Shown here: in pieces, positions 10,116-21,668 of the stretch
Layout of the letters: each line of letters starts with the position of its first letter
Position numbering within the stretch: the stretch's first letter is position 1
Source of the DNA: Nannocystis bainbridge
GTDB taxonomy: Bacteria; Myxococcota_A; Polyangia; Nannocystales; Nannocystaceae
Length of the DNA: 64,000 nt
Reading direction: 5' to 3'
Assembly: GCF_028368995.1 (NCBI RefSeq)
Contig: NZ_JAQNDL010000003.1
Coordinates: forward strand, 1,952,001-2,016,000
Notes under the pieces: generated by a model
What the model was told of the DNA's origin: nothing
The model's input: only the letters and a program-made list of their open reading frames with translations
The model's database searches: none
Position numbers and translations under genes: made by a program

Positions 10116-10877
10116 TGCAAAAATATTTTCTTTTCGTGTCGGCTTCTCAGCCTGAGTACGCTTTCAGCGCGGAAGCTAACTCACGCCAGGCGCGCGATTT
10201 GCACATGGAGGGAAATCGTGTTGCGCTGATGACGCTGCCAATCAGCTTTCGTAACCGAAAAAATTCCTTCTAGATGAGCGTCGAGTTGAAAGAATATTTT
10301 CTCTCAAGCTAGTCCGTTTCTAATCTTCGTGCACAATTTGCAGTGGCGCAACTCCCGCAAACAAATAGGTCCCTTAGCGCGTCCGTCGCGCACTCGATGC
10401 GGGTTTGCCTCACTCACGCGGTCGCGCCCATCGCGCAGACCTGTCAGCCCAGCTCCAGCGCCGCCACCGCAGCCGTCTCCGCCCCAGGAAAGTTGCCCAA
10501 GTAAATCGCCGTCATCACGCGCCAAGGACGGCTCGCCGTACGTCATGACCTTGTTTCTGTCGGACAGGTTATCTTATGACTCGCACGACGGTCGTACCCG
10601 GGACGTGTTCTCGCTCGGGACGACGCTCTAACCAGCTCTGCACGCAGCTCCTGCCGCGCATAACCGGGCTGCTCTCCATCGTCCTGAGCCTGCCACCGGC
10701 GCCTCACGCCAGGTGATTGTGATGACCTCAACATACCAGCATGTACGTCGGGCCATCTCACTGACGATTCGCGGGTCGACACCGGGCGCCTCGGCCATTC
10801 GCTGCAGGACGTCGATGCGATGACGGAGAGCGTCTCCCAGGCCCTCACAAGGGCGAATTCCGAAGGCCAGCGCATAC

Positions 10878-11303
10878 ATGCCTCCATCCGCGAAAGCTCC
10901 CGTCCTATGCGCCTCTCTCGCCGCGCTCGTGCTCACCGCCTGTGGTGGTGGGATCGAGGGCGTCCGGGCGCGTGCTCCCGTGGATTTGCAGTGTGACGCC
11001 GGGGCGATCGACGTGCGCCCGGCCTCGCCGTCGGGGCCTCCCGCCGGGCCGTTCTACGCCGAGGGCTGTGACCAGCTGTGGCGCTACGTGAGCCCGCCGC
11101 GGGGCAAGACGGAGGGCAATGACGTGAAGGGAATCATCGTCCGCCAGGCGAGCTTCGATCTGTCCTGCAGCGCCGACCAGCTCGAGTTCACGCCGCTGAA
11201 CGCCGACACCTTCGGCGTCAAGGGCTGTGACAAGCAGGCGAGCTACCTCCTCGTGTGTCCGGTCGGCGGCTGCAAGGCCGTGCAGAACACGCAGGCCCAG
11301 TGA
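10878..11303 (+). CDS. lipoprotein with two internal Cys-containing repeats
   Basis: Lipobox VLTAC; RAPVDLQC...AEGC and QASFDLSC...VKGC repeats. Confidence 0.8.
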   Translation: MPPSAKAPVLCASLAALVLTACGGGIEGVRARAPVDLQCDAGAIDVRPASPSGPPAGPFYAEGCDQLWRYVSPPRGKTEGNDVKGIIVRQASFDLSCSADQLEFTPLNADTFGVKGCDKQASYLLVCPVGGCKAVQNTQAQ

Positions 11304-11483
11304 TACGGCGAGCGGCCTCTCGCCTGGGGCGCGGCGCGTCCGCCTCTCGCTCCTGGCCGGCCACCCGCTCCACGCCGATTCGCCCGCGACAGCGGGCTTC
11401 GCCGCGCGCCGATTCCGCTCGCGACGACGGCGGCGCCGCGGGGCGCCGCCGTCTCGTCTGTCCCTTCGGACAGCTCTCTCGAA

Positions 11484-12821
11484 TCAGCCGAACAGCGGCA
11501 GCGAGTCGGTGACGATGCCGAACTTCTTCGCCGCCGCGCTCTCGGCCACCCCGGCCATCTCGCGCAGGGCCAGGTGGACGTGCGGGGCGGTGAGGACCAC
11601 GCCGTTCTCCGTCTCGTCGAGCTCGAGTGTGTCGGGGTCGATGCCGATCGGCAGCTGCTCGCCCTCGGTGGTGGCGCCGACGACCCGGCCGCCGCCGCCG
11701 AGCAGGCCCGGGTTGCCGCTCAGGAACATGGCCGAAGAGACAGGCCAGTGGTCCTTGCCCGAGCCCGCGTCCATGCCGTTGTAGCCCTTGCCGCGGCCGA
11801 AATCGGAGCCGACCATCACGATCAGGTTGGTGTCGATGCCGGCCATCACCGCCTGCGACATCACGTAGTCGATGCCCCACATCAGCTTGGCCAGCTGGCG
11901 CACCTGCACCGTGTCGTGGTTGGCGTGGGTGTCGAAGCCGCCGATCTCGAGGTTGACGCCGACCGCAAGGCCGGCCGTGAACGCCGCCATCGCCAGCTGC
12001 GTCTGCTGGGCCATGCGCTCGAGGTCGCCCATCTCGTTCGGCAGGTCGATGAGCGTGTCGGGCAGCGCCACTGACGACAGCAGGTCGAGGTTGCCGCGCG
12101 CGAGGTAGAGCTGCCCCGCCGCGGTCTCGATCTTCGGCAGGCGCTGCTTGGCCTTGAACGCGGCCAGCCGCTCCTGCTGGGTCGCGGCGATGCGGTCGAA
12201 CGTGTCCTGGTGGACGTAGGTGGTCATGTTGCCGGGGTCGGCCGGGTTGACGCGATTCGGCTGGGCCAGCTTGCGGAACGAGGTCACCGAGTTGAGGCGC
12301 GTGACCGGGATCAGGTTGCCGGTGCCCGAGTAACCGCCGCCGGAGATGAACGCCAGCGGGTGCTCGGGCGCCCGCGTGGCCGCCACCAGCGCGGCGAAGT
12401 TGGGGTAGCCGCCGTCGCCGCGGCCCGACCAGATCGTCACCACGCCGCGGTCGTGGTTGTTGGTCGCCATGTTGACCCCGTTCAGCACCACCAGCTTGCT
12501 GGCGTACTTGGCGAAGAAGTCGGCGTTCGACATCATGTACGGCACCGACATCGGGTCGGTCACCAGATTGGCGGCCAGCGGGATGTCGGCGTAATGGATG
12601 TCGCCCACCTTCGTCGGGTCGGCGGGGTCGTAATCATAAAGGCGGTTGAACGTGCCCTTCGGCTTGGGGTCGCAGAAGTACACGGGGTCCCAGCCGCCGC
12701 GGGCGCTGATCATCACGTAGAACGGGCCCTTGTAGGGCGGCAGCGCGGCGCGGGCGTGGCGCGGCAGGGCGACGGCGAGTCCGGTCCCGGCGGCGATCTT
12801 GAGGAAGCTGCGGCGATCCAT
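11484..12821 (-). CDS. Tat-exported DUF1501-family protein
   Basis: MDRRSFLK twin-arginine leader; GGWD, GGFDTHANH, SDFGR, GKDHW motifs. Confidence 0.88.
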   Translation of the reverse strand: MDRRSFLKIAAGTGLAVALPRHARAALPPYKGPFYVMISARGGWDPVYFCDPKPKGTFNRLYDYDPADPTKVGDIHYADIPLAANLVTDPMSVPYMMSNADFFAKYASKLVVLNGVNMATNNHDRGVVTIWSGRGDGGYPNFAALVAATRAPEHPLAFISGGGYSGTGNLIPVTRLNSVTSFRKLAQPNRVNPADPGNMTTYVHQDTFDRIAATQQERLAAFKAKQRLPKIETAAGQLYLARGNLDLLSSVALPDTLIDLPNEMGDLERMAQQTQLAMAAFTAGLAVGVNLEIGGFDTHANHDTVQVRQLAKLMWGIDYVMSQAVMAGIDTNLIVMVGSDFGRGKGYNGMDAGSGKDHWPVSSAMFLSGNPGLLGGGGRVVGATTEGEQLPIGIDPDTLELDETENGVVLTAPHVHLALREMAGVAESAAAKKFGIVTDSLPLFG

Positions 12822-12851
12822 GGTCGTAACTCCGATCTCGCGGGGGTGGGC

Positions 12852-15239
12852 TCACTCGTAGAGGAAGGCGAAGTCCGACAGCAGGTAGGCGATCACGGCC
12901 TGCCAGGCGCGGATGGTGTAGTCGTCGTCGGCGGTCAGCTTCTGCTCGTCGGGCAGCGCCATCCCGGTGTTCGGGTCCTTGGTCGCGCCGCACGGCCCCA
13001 GGCCCTTGCCCTCGAGCGCGTCGGCGATGTTCTGCGCGCCCGCCAGCCACGTCTCGCGGTAGAGATCGTAGGTGCGCTCGATCTCCGGATCGTCGATCGC
13101 CAGCTCCTCGCCGAGGATCCGCGCGTGCAGGTACTGGATGTTGGCCTTGATGTCCGCCGCCTTGAAGTCGGGCGAGTCGGTCGCCTCGACCAGCGGGAAC
13201 AGCACGCGCGACTCGAGCGGCTTGCTGAAGTCGAACGCCGTCGCGGTGCACGCGACCTCGACCGCCATGCGCTGGGCCACGCTCGCCATCAGCTGATTGA
13301 CGCTCGTCAGCCGCTGGACGATCGTGTTCGAGTCGATGCCGCCGTAGAGCAGCTTGAACTCGCCGTTCAGCAGGTCGCCGGTGCCGCCCCAGCGCACGCC
13401 GGTGGTCGCGATCACCTTCCGCGCCAGCTGCTCCGGGGTCGACAGGCGGCCGGTGCCGACGTGCGCGAGCTCGGCCTTATGCGCCTCGCTCGGCTGGTTG
13501 GCGACCTGCACGCCGCGGTAGTACGGGCTCAGGATCAGCTTGACGAGGATCGTCTTCAGGTTGTGGTCGTCGGCCACGAACTCGGCCGCGACCGCGCGCA
13601 TGAAGGTGTCCTGGGTCTCCCACGCGGCCATCTGCTGGGCGTAGTCGGGCGCGGCGGCGTTGGTCGGGTAGCGCGCGGCCTCCTCGCCGGTCAGCGCCTG
13701 GAACATCTTGTAGGTCGCCGACAGGCTGAAGCGCGGGTCGTGGGCGACCTTCTGCGCCAGCCACTGCACGCCGGTGGCCGACTGGTCGGTCGGCATCAGC
13801 TCGAACTGATAGCCGGGCGCGAACATCTCGGGGAACCAGGTCGGCTTCTCGAGCAGGAACTCCTGGTTGTTGCGGTCGAACATCTGGAACGCCCCGGCGA
13901 TCGGGTCGATCGTGATGTGACACTGGGCGCAGGTCGGGTCGTCGCGCGTCGGGTTGGCGAACGCGGCCCCGGCGTCGGGGTCGATGGCCTGGCTGGCCAG
14001 CGCGAGCACGTCGGTGGCCAGGAACTGGTCGTAGACCTTGCGCGCGCGGTGGCGGTTGCGATTCGTCGGCGTGGTCGGGAACCGGTTCAGCCACATCGGC
14101 GAGGTCAGGATGCCGGCGTGCGGGTAGGTCATCTCCTTGCCGTTGCGGGTGACCTTGAGGACGCCGGGCTTGAGCTCGGTCGGGTCGTTCGGGTCCTCGA
14201 AGCGGGCGGCGACGCCGTAGATGAAGGCCGAGTCGGGCGTGAAGACGGTGTAGTCGGCCGTCAGGACCTCGGTGAAGGGCCGGTCGTTGCGGACGATGTA
14301 GTTGATGAGGTCGAGCGGCTCGCGGGCCACGGCGCGGTGGATCCGCGTCTTCTGGTCCTCGGGCATCGGCGTCATCTTGTCGAAGTACTTGGCCACGTTC
14401 GGCCAGTCGGGCGTGCCGGCGTTGATGTTGTTGAGCGAGCCGCCGCCGTAGTACATGTCCGTCAGGAAGGTGTCGTTGAACAGCTCGGTGAGGCGGGCGT
14501 AGAACGCGTCCTCCGTCATCATGTCCTCGAGCACATCCATGAGCGCGGCCTCGCCGTCGGCCTCGACCGCGGCGACCTCGTCCGCGAGCGGCAGGCGGCC
14601 GACGAGCTGCAGCGACGCCTTGCGCAGCGTCTCGACCGGGTCGAGCAGGATCACGTCCGGGAAGCTCTCGCCGGCCGACGGCGGCGGACACTCGATCGGG
14701 TCGTCGAGCTGCTCGAGCAGCGACTCGATGTTCTTGTAGAGCTCACTGTCGGCCGGCAGCACCGCGCCGCCGCCGTGCTCGACGACGCCGCTCGGCTTGG
14801 CGAGCAGCAGCGGGGTGTCCTCGAACTCGTAGCCGGCCAGGCCCTGGATGTTGGCCAGGTTGGCCTCGATGAAGCCGGGGTAGACCGGCGTGAGCAGGCG
14901 GAACTTGGCGCCCTTCGCCGCGGCCGAGCCGGTCGGTTCGTGGCACTGCACGCACAGCGTGCCCATGCCCTTCGACCACACCTTGTCGGCGAAGAAATCG
15001 CGGGTCGAATAACAGTCGCCGTTCGGCTCGCCGGTGGTCCCGGTGCCGGCGGACGTCGTCGGCGAGTCCGTGGTCGGCGCCCCGCCGTCGGTCGTCGACG
15101 ACGTGCCCTCGGACCCGGAGGTCCCGGGCCCTCCTTCGGTTTCGACCTGAGCGTCCGGGGCATAACACCCGAACGCGAAGAGAGCTGCCCCGAGAGGCAG
15201 ATAGACCATTCGCCGGCTCAGCCGCGTGTTCTCGACCAT
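12852..15239 (-). CDS. DUF1588/DUF1592-type lipoprotein with two CxxCH heme motifs
   Basis: Lipobox AFGC after MVENTRLSRRMVYL; CVQCH and CAQCH; HAGILTSP, RPFTEVLTADYT; sits upstream of the DUF1501 gene. Confidence 0.78.
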   Translation of the reverse strand: MVENTRLSRRMVYLPLGAALFAFGCYAPDAQVETEGGPGTSGSEGTSSTTDGGAPTTDSPTTSAGTGTTGEPNGDCYSTRDFFADKVWSKGMGTLCVQCHEPTGSAAAKGAKFRLLTPVYPGFIEANLANIQGLAGYEFEDTPLLLAKPSGVVEHGGGAVLPADSELYKNIESLLEQLDDPIECPPPSAGESFPDVILLDPVETLRKASLQLVGRLPLADEVAAVEADGEAALMDVLEDMMTEDAFYARLTELFNDTFLTDMYYGGGSLNNINAGTPDWPNVAKYFDKMTPMPEDQKTRIHRAVAREPLDLINYIVRNDRPFTEVLTADYTVFTPDSAFIYGVAARFEDPNDPTELKPGVLKVTRNGKEMTYPHAGILTSPMWLNRFPTTPTNRNRHRARKVYDQFLATDVLALASQAIDPDAGAAFANPTRDDPTCAQCHITIDPIAGAFQMFDRNNQEFLLEKPTWFPEMFAPGYQFELMPTDQSATGVQWLAQKVAHDPRFSLSATYKMFQALTGEEAARYPTNAAAPDYAQQMAAWETQDTFMRAVAAEFVADDHNLKTILVKLILSPYYRGVQVANQPSEAHKAELAHVGTGRLSTPEQLARKVIATTGVRWGGTGDLLNGEFKLLYGGIDSNTIVQRLTSVNQLMASVAQRMAVEVACTATAFDFSKPLESRVLFPLVEATDSPDFKAADIKANIQYLHARILGEELAIDDPEIERTYDLYRETWLAGAQNIADALEGKGLGPCGATKDPNTGMALPDEQKLTADDDYTIRAWQAVIAYLLSDFAFLYE

Positions 15240-15671
15240 CGCGTTCGCGCCTCCACCCGTGCATCGCAAGGTAGACCGCCGAGCTCGCCGCATACAAGCC
15301 GCATAAACCCGACCGGGCCTCGGGAGCGGGGACGGCCGCGGATGCAGGTCTGTATGCGATCGCGCGCGCGCACGCGGACCCATCCCGCTCGAACGGCCCG
15401 CCGACGGCCGATTCGTCGCCCGCGCGCGCATCTGCGGGCTGGGGCGTGCCCGCGAGGTTCGCCGACCCCGCGCAATCGCAGCGTCAGGTGATCGACCGAT
15501 CCCGGTGAAGTGGACTTCGCGCGGCGCTCGCGACAGGCGTGTCACGTTCACCGCGCTCCGCGCTCGCTCGACTCCGCGATCCGGCTGCCTACGCGCGAGC
15601 AGCGGCGTCTGTGGGCCTGGGACTGGCGTGGGCGCGTGCCCGAGGGCCAGTCGCCCGGCGCCAATGTTTAT

Positions 15672-15690
15672 ATGTCTCGAAAGACATGTC
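15672..15690. promoter_or_regulatory. TGTC-N6-GACA palindrome in a divergent intergenic region
   Basis: atgtc tcgaaa gacatgtc, identical to the copy at 61576. Confidence 0.6.
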
Positions 15691-15777
15691 GATGGATTCC
15701 TCCGAGCGCGACGGGGGCGCTGGTTCGCGCCTCCGGCCGGTTGCGGGGTGACCGCCGGGTCCGATACCGTCGCCGCC

Positions 15778-17127
15778 ATGCCTCGCGCCTTTGCTTCTCC
15801 TCCTTCGCTGCGCCTCACCGCCGGCCTCGCGCTGGCCTCGCTGCTCACCGCCTGCCCTGACGGCGGGTCCGCCACGACCACGGACGCCGCCACCAGCGCG
15901 ACCGGCGACGCGTCGACCGGCGGCAGCGAGACCGCGGGCCCGACGAGCGCCGGCTCCGACGCCACCAGCGCGCCGACCACCGGCGACCCGACCACCGGCA
16001 CCGGCGGCACGACGACGACCGATCCGCCCGTCACCACCAGCGACACCAGCGACACCAGCGACACCACCGGCACCAGCGACACCACCGGCGAGCCGGTCGA
16101 TCCGGGCTGGGCCGAGCGCGACTACGCCCGCGTGTTCCTCTCGGGTCACAGCCTCACCGACAACCCGCTGGCCGACTTCATGCTCGAGATCGCGGCGGGG
16201 GTCGGCGTCGACCTCGACTACAACCAGCAGATCGGGATCGGCTCACCGATCCGCGTGCGCACGCTCGGCAACAGCTGGGACAACCTCGACTGGCCCGGCT
16301 ACCGGACCGGCAAGAACCGCGAGGGCGACGGCATGGACGTCATCGCCGAGCTGGCGGCGCCGCAGACCCTCGGGCCCGGCGAGCAATACGACACTCTGGT
16401 GATTACCGAGCGGCACGACATCCTCGGCACGATCCAGTGGGAGGACACCACGGGGCTGCTCCGCCACTACCACGATCGCCTGATCGACGGCAATCCGGCC
16501 GGGCAGACCCTGCTCTATCACAGCTGGCTCGACATCGACAAGTCGGCCCCGGAGGGCTGGATCGTGCACGAGAAGAACGCCCTGTTCGCGTGGGAGTGCG
16601 TGGCGACCAAGGTCAATCACACGCTCGAGGCCGAAGGCCGGCCCGACCGCCTGCGGACGCTGCCGGTCGGCGCGGCGCTGGTGCACCTGGTCGAGGCGGT
16701 GCTGGCCGACGAGGTGGCCGGGATCGACGGTGCGATGAATCAGAAGCTGGACCAGATCTTCAACGACAACGTGCACCTGACGCCGCTCGGGGCCTATTAC
16801 GCGGCGCTGGTGACCCACGCGGCGGTGTTCCGCAGCTCGCCGGTCGGCGCCCCGGTGCCGCAGGGCGTGCCCGCGGGGCCGGCGGCCGACCTGCAGCAGT
16901 TGGCGTGGGACTTCGTGCGCGGCTACTACAACGATCCGGCGAGCGGGCAGCACAGCATGGAGGAGTGCCGCGCGTTCATCTCGGACCAGGTGTGCGGGTC
17001 GTTCTGGACGCTGCTCGGCGAGCCGCAGAACGTGGGCGGCTGCAGCAACCATTTCGCCAACGCCGACGCCGAGGGCAACCCGTTCCGCTGGCCCGACCCG
17101 CAGTGGACGCCGTGGCCGGCGCCGTGA
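15778..17127 (+). CDS. lipoprotein with SGNH-like hydrolase domain
   Basis: Lipobox LLTAC, Thr/Ser/Asp linker, VFLSGHSLTD block-I-like motif and DNVH motif. Confidence 0.72.
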   Translation: MPRAFASPPSLRLTAGLALASLLTACPDGGSATTTDAATSATGDASTGGSETAGPTSAGSDATSAPTTGDPTTGTGGTTTTDPPVTTSDTSDTSDTTGTSDTTGEPVDPGWAERDYARVFLSGHSLTDNPLADFMLEIAAGVGVDLDYNQQIGIGSPIRVRTLGNSWDNLDWPGYRTGKNREGDGMDVIAELAAPQTLGPGEQYDTLVITERHDILGTIQWEDTTGLLRHYHDRLIDGNPAGQTLLYHSWLDIDKSAPEGWIVHEKNALFAWECVATKVNHTLEAEGRPDRLRTLPVGAALVHLVEAVLADEVAGIDGAMNQKLDQIFNDNVHLTPLGAYYAALVTHAAVFRSSPVGAPVPQGVPAGPAADLQQLAWDFVRGYYNDPASGQHSMEECRAFISDQVCGSFWTLLGEPQNVGGCSNHFANADAEGNPFRWPDPQWTPWPAP

Positions 17128-17238
17128 GGCCCCCGGTCCTGTGATTCGCCGGACCCGGCGCGCGGTGCTCTCGGCCAGCGCGCCGATTCACGTGTCCCTG
17201 CTGAACATGTCCTTCGGGCCATGTGTGAATATCGACCC

Positions 17239-17613
17239 TCACCGGCCGCGGCGCGCGTCCTCGTCGGGGTCCGGCGGTCCGTCGATCCGGGTCTCCGCCC
17301 GCGCGCTGCAGGGGTCGCAGATCGTCTCATCCCAGCCTTCGACCGTCTGCCGGCGCCCTGCCCCGCCGCAGACCCCACAAATTGTCGCGCTGCGGTCGGC
17401 GATCTCGACCAGGAATGCTTCGAACGCCGCGTCGTCGACATCGACGTCGAAGCGCAGCTCGGCCCATTTTTGATAGGCCTGACGGATCTGCAGCCCGGGT
17501 GGCAGGCGATCATAGACCTCGTCGACCAGGGCCAGCCAGCCGGGGTAGCCGCATTGCGAGATCCAGCTGCGCGCGGCGGCTCTGTCCATGATGATCTCGT
17601 CGCGTGAGGTCAT
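17239..17613 (-). CDS. small CxxC...CxxC protein resembling a phage-associated family
   Basis: GWLALVD...QAYQKWAELRF...SATICGVCG...W..TICDPC; coupled to the upstream gene by a 4-bp overlap. Confidence 0.65.
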   Translation of the reverse strand: MTSRDEIIMDRAAARSWISQCGYPGWLALVDEVYDRLPPGLQIRQAYQKWAELRFDVDVDDAAFEAFLVEIADRSATICGVCGGAGRRQTVEGWDETICDPCSARAETRIDGPPDPDEDARRGR

Positions 17614-18344
17614 TGCGCGTCGCGCTTGCGCGGCTTCGCGGCCGGCTTCGGCTTCGCTTTCGCTTCCTGCTTGGCCCGGTGCTCGCGCCCCTTGGCGATG
17701 TACGCCACCGCGTCGAACGTCTTGCAGTCCGTGTCGCCGTGATCGATCTCCACCGGGCCGATCGTGCGGGCCGCGGCCGTCGCCAGGCGGGCCAGCGCGT
17801 CGCTGCGGGTGCCGATGGCGATCAGCGTCCCGTTCATCGCCTCGCGCGTGCGGTTGGGGGCGCCGTGGATCTCGCGCTCGATGCGGGGCAGCAGGTCGGC
17901 GAAGAAGCTGTCCGCGAGGTCGTTGGATTCACGGGCCAGGTGGGCCACCAGCACCCAGCCGGCGCGGCGCTGCGACTCCGTCGTCGCGTCGAGCCACGGC
18001 ACCACCGCCGTCGCGGCCGCGGCCATCCGCGCGCCGACGTGGGTGATCAGGGCGTCGGTCTGCACGTAGCAGGTCGTCTCGGCCTGCCAGCGGCGCAGCA
18101 TCGCCACGTCGAACGCGGCGGGCTCGGCGATCATCGCCGCCAGCACGCGGGCGTCGTGGTTGCCGGACTGCCACAGCGCCTCTGCCAGCGCCTGGTCGCG
18201 GCCGAGGCGCTTTTGCAGCTTGCCGAGGTCGCCGTACTTGACCCCGAACATCGGCTCGGGCACCTCGTGGCGGCGCCAGGTCTTGCGGGTTTGCTCGCTG
18301 CCGAGGGCCTCGAGCTCGCGGAGGACATCACGGGCTGTGGTCAC
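17610..18344 (-). CDS. DNA alkylation repair protein (AlkD-like HEAT repeat)
   Basis: GTG start; FGVKYGDLGKL, LAEALWQSGNHDARVLA, IGPVEIDHGDTDCKT. Confidence 0.85.
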   Translation of the reverse strand: MTTARDVLRELEALGSEQTRKTWRRHEVPEPMFGVKYGDLGKLQKRLGRDQALAEALWQSGNHDARVLAAMIAEPAAFDVAMLRRWQAETTCYVQTDALITHVGARMAAAATAVVPWLDATTESQRRAGWVLVAHLARESNDLADSFFADLLPRIEREIHGAPNRTREAMNGTLIAIGTRSDALARLATAAARTIGPVEIDHGDTDCKTFDAVAYIAKGREHRAKQEAKAKPKPAAKPRKRDAQ

Positions 18345-18401
18345 GCGCGTCCGAGGGTCGCAACTGCGCCGGGGGGGCGTCAAGCCGGTATACTCGCGGC
18401 G

Positions 18402-19760
18402 ATGTCGACGCCTGTCCCCTCGGCTCACGCCGCCCGCGCCGGCGCCTGGGCGCTGCTCGTCGTGCTCGCCACCGACCTCGTCTTCAGCGCCGCGCGGCAC
18501 ATCGTGCCGCTGGTGCTGCTCGACCCGGACAGGCCGCGGCCGGAGTTCGACTGGTACCGCTGGCTGCAGTGGTTCGACGGCGCCGACCTGCCGCTGCGCG
18601 CCTTGCTCGTGGGGATCCTCGTGATCGGCCTGCTGCGGCTGCGCCGGGGCTCGGCCGATGCTGGCGCGAGGGCCATGTTCCTCGGGTCAGGTGCGGCCAC
18701 GGCGATCTCGCTGGTGGCGCTGCTGATGATGCAGCGGAGGGTCGGCGCCGACGCGCTGCCGGGCACGCTGCTCCCGCTGACGGTCGTGCTCGACCGGCTC
18801 GGCGTCGGCCTGTTGCTGGCGGGGCTGTGGCGGGCGCGGCGGGCCCTGGGCCGCGGCGTCGGGCCTGCGTTGTCGATCGCCGCGTCGATCTTCGGGCTGC
18901 GGCTGGTGCTGCTCTCCGGCGCGATCGACCTCGACTGGGGCGACGGCCACGAGGGCCTCGTGCGCCTCGGCGTGTTGCGGCTCGCGCTCGACGCCGCCGA
19001 GTGCGGCGCGATCATGGCGGCGCTGCTGGGATTCGCTCGCCTCGCGCCGGACGGGCCGCCCGCTGCGCGGCTCACCGCGGCCGCGGCGGGCCTCGACCTC
19101 TACTTCCGCGCCCTGGTCGCCCGCGTCACCATCGTCGCGGTCGGCGTCGTCGTCACTCTGGCGTTCGGCTTCACCTCGCCGACGGCCCGCGGCAAGCTGC
19201 TGTTCGCGGTGCTGGTCCTGCCGCTGCCGACGCTGATCGCCCAGGTCGCGGGGCTGACCCGCTACGCCGACGCGCCGGTCGACGTCGGCCGCGGCGCGCT
19301 GCGGGTCGCGCTGCTGGCGATGGGCGTGGGGGCGGCGGTCGAGATCCTGACGCTGGTGGTCTACGCGCGGCTGGTGTGGCCTGACGGCGACGACGCGTTC
19401 GCGCCGCGGTCGGAGACGCTGGTGTACGCCGACATGTTGAAGTACGTCGGCGTCGGCGGTCAGCTGGTCGCGCTGGTCGGCGCGCTGGCGTTGCTCGCCT
19501 CGTTGCGGCGGGCGGCGCTCGCCCTGGGGGCGCCGGCGCTGCAGCGGCGGGCCACCGCGCTGGCGGTCGCGCTGGCCGGCGTCACCGCCGGCGGCTTCGT
19601 CCTGCTGCGACTATTCGGCCAGACTCTGATTCGCGCCCCCGGAGCGCTGTTCGGGCTCGGCCTCGTCGCGCTCGTGATCGGCGTGACGGTGTTCGTATCG
19701 TGGTTGCGGCTCGTCGAGGGTGTGGCGCAGGAGCTGCGCGCGCGGGCCAAGGGCGCGTGA
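18402..19760 (+). CDS. polytopic membrane protein
   Basis: Start MSTPVPS; about 11-12 hydrophobic segments; GC3-rich frame. Confidence 0.75.
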   Translation: MSTPVPSAHAARAGAWALLVVLATDLVFSAARHIVPLVLLDPDRPRPEFDWYRWLQWFDGADLPLRALLVGILVIGLLRLRRGSADAGARAMFLGSGAATAISLVALLMMQRRVGADALPGTLLPLTVVLDRLGVGLLLAGLWRARRALGRGVGPALSIAASIFGLRLVLLSGAIDLDWGDGHEGLVRLGVLRLALDAAECGAIMAALLGFARLAPDGPPAARLTAAAAGLDLYFRALVARVTIVAVGVVVTLAFGFTSPTARGKLLFAVLVLPLPTLIAQVAGLTRYADAPVDVGRGALRVALLAMGVGAAVEILTLVVYARLVWPDGDDAFAPRSETLVYADMLKYVGVGGQLVALVGALALLASLRRAALALGAPALQRRATALAVALAGVTAGGFVLLRLFGQTLIRAPGALFGLGLVALVIGVTVFVSWLRLVEGVAQELRARAKGA

Positions 19761-20102
19761 AGCTCATTCGTGGGTGGTGCGATACGACCTCGAGGCGCAC
19801 CGCGGAAACGACACCCTCTCGCATCAAAAACGGCGCGCGATGTCGCGGCGCCGGCGTGGTCGCGATCACCGTGGAATGGGCATCACGGGCTCGCAAGGGC
19901 CGTTCTGCGAGCATAACACCGATATTGATAGGTTCTTGAGGTCAGGTCTCGAAGTCCTGATACCCACTTGATCATCGGTGCCCTTAGTCTTGAAGGCGTC
20001 GAGTTCGCCGTCGGCCGATGATTTTTCGGTCGGCATCCAGTCCCGACCGCGTCATCGCAATTGTGGGCCGGACCACCCTCTCTTTCAAGGAAATGCTGCG
20101 CC

Positions 20103-21434
<1,332 letters not shown>

Positions 21435-21668
21435 TTGGGGCCCGCGGCCGGTGAGCGAGCCGCGCAGGCGACCGCTTGCGACTCGGAACATTGATTCGGG
21501 CGGAGGCCCGCCGCGCCGTCGCCGATGCAGGGCGGCGCGCCGCGTCGGCCCGGGTGCCCGGACCCCCTGGCCCGCGGCCCCGAGTCTGCGGCACGATCGG
21601 TCGACTTCGCGTATTCCTGAACTGCGCCGCCGCTCGCGTCCGGCCCCGGCGTCCTTCTCCGAACACTC

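Noticed and set aside
12210-15491. Long antisense or alternate-frame ORFs (also 20280..23543, 23444..26242, 40180..42978, 53322..56078, 59053..61401)
   Set aside because: Shadow ORFs of real genes caused by high GC; no motifs and Arg/Ala/Gly-rich composition.
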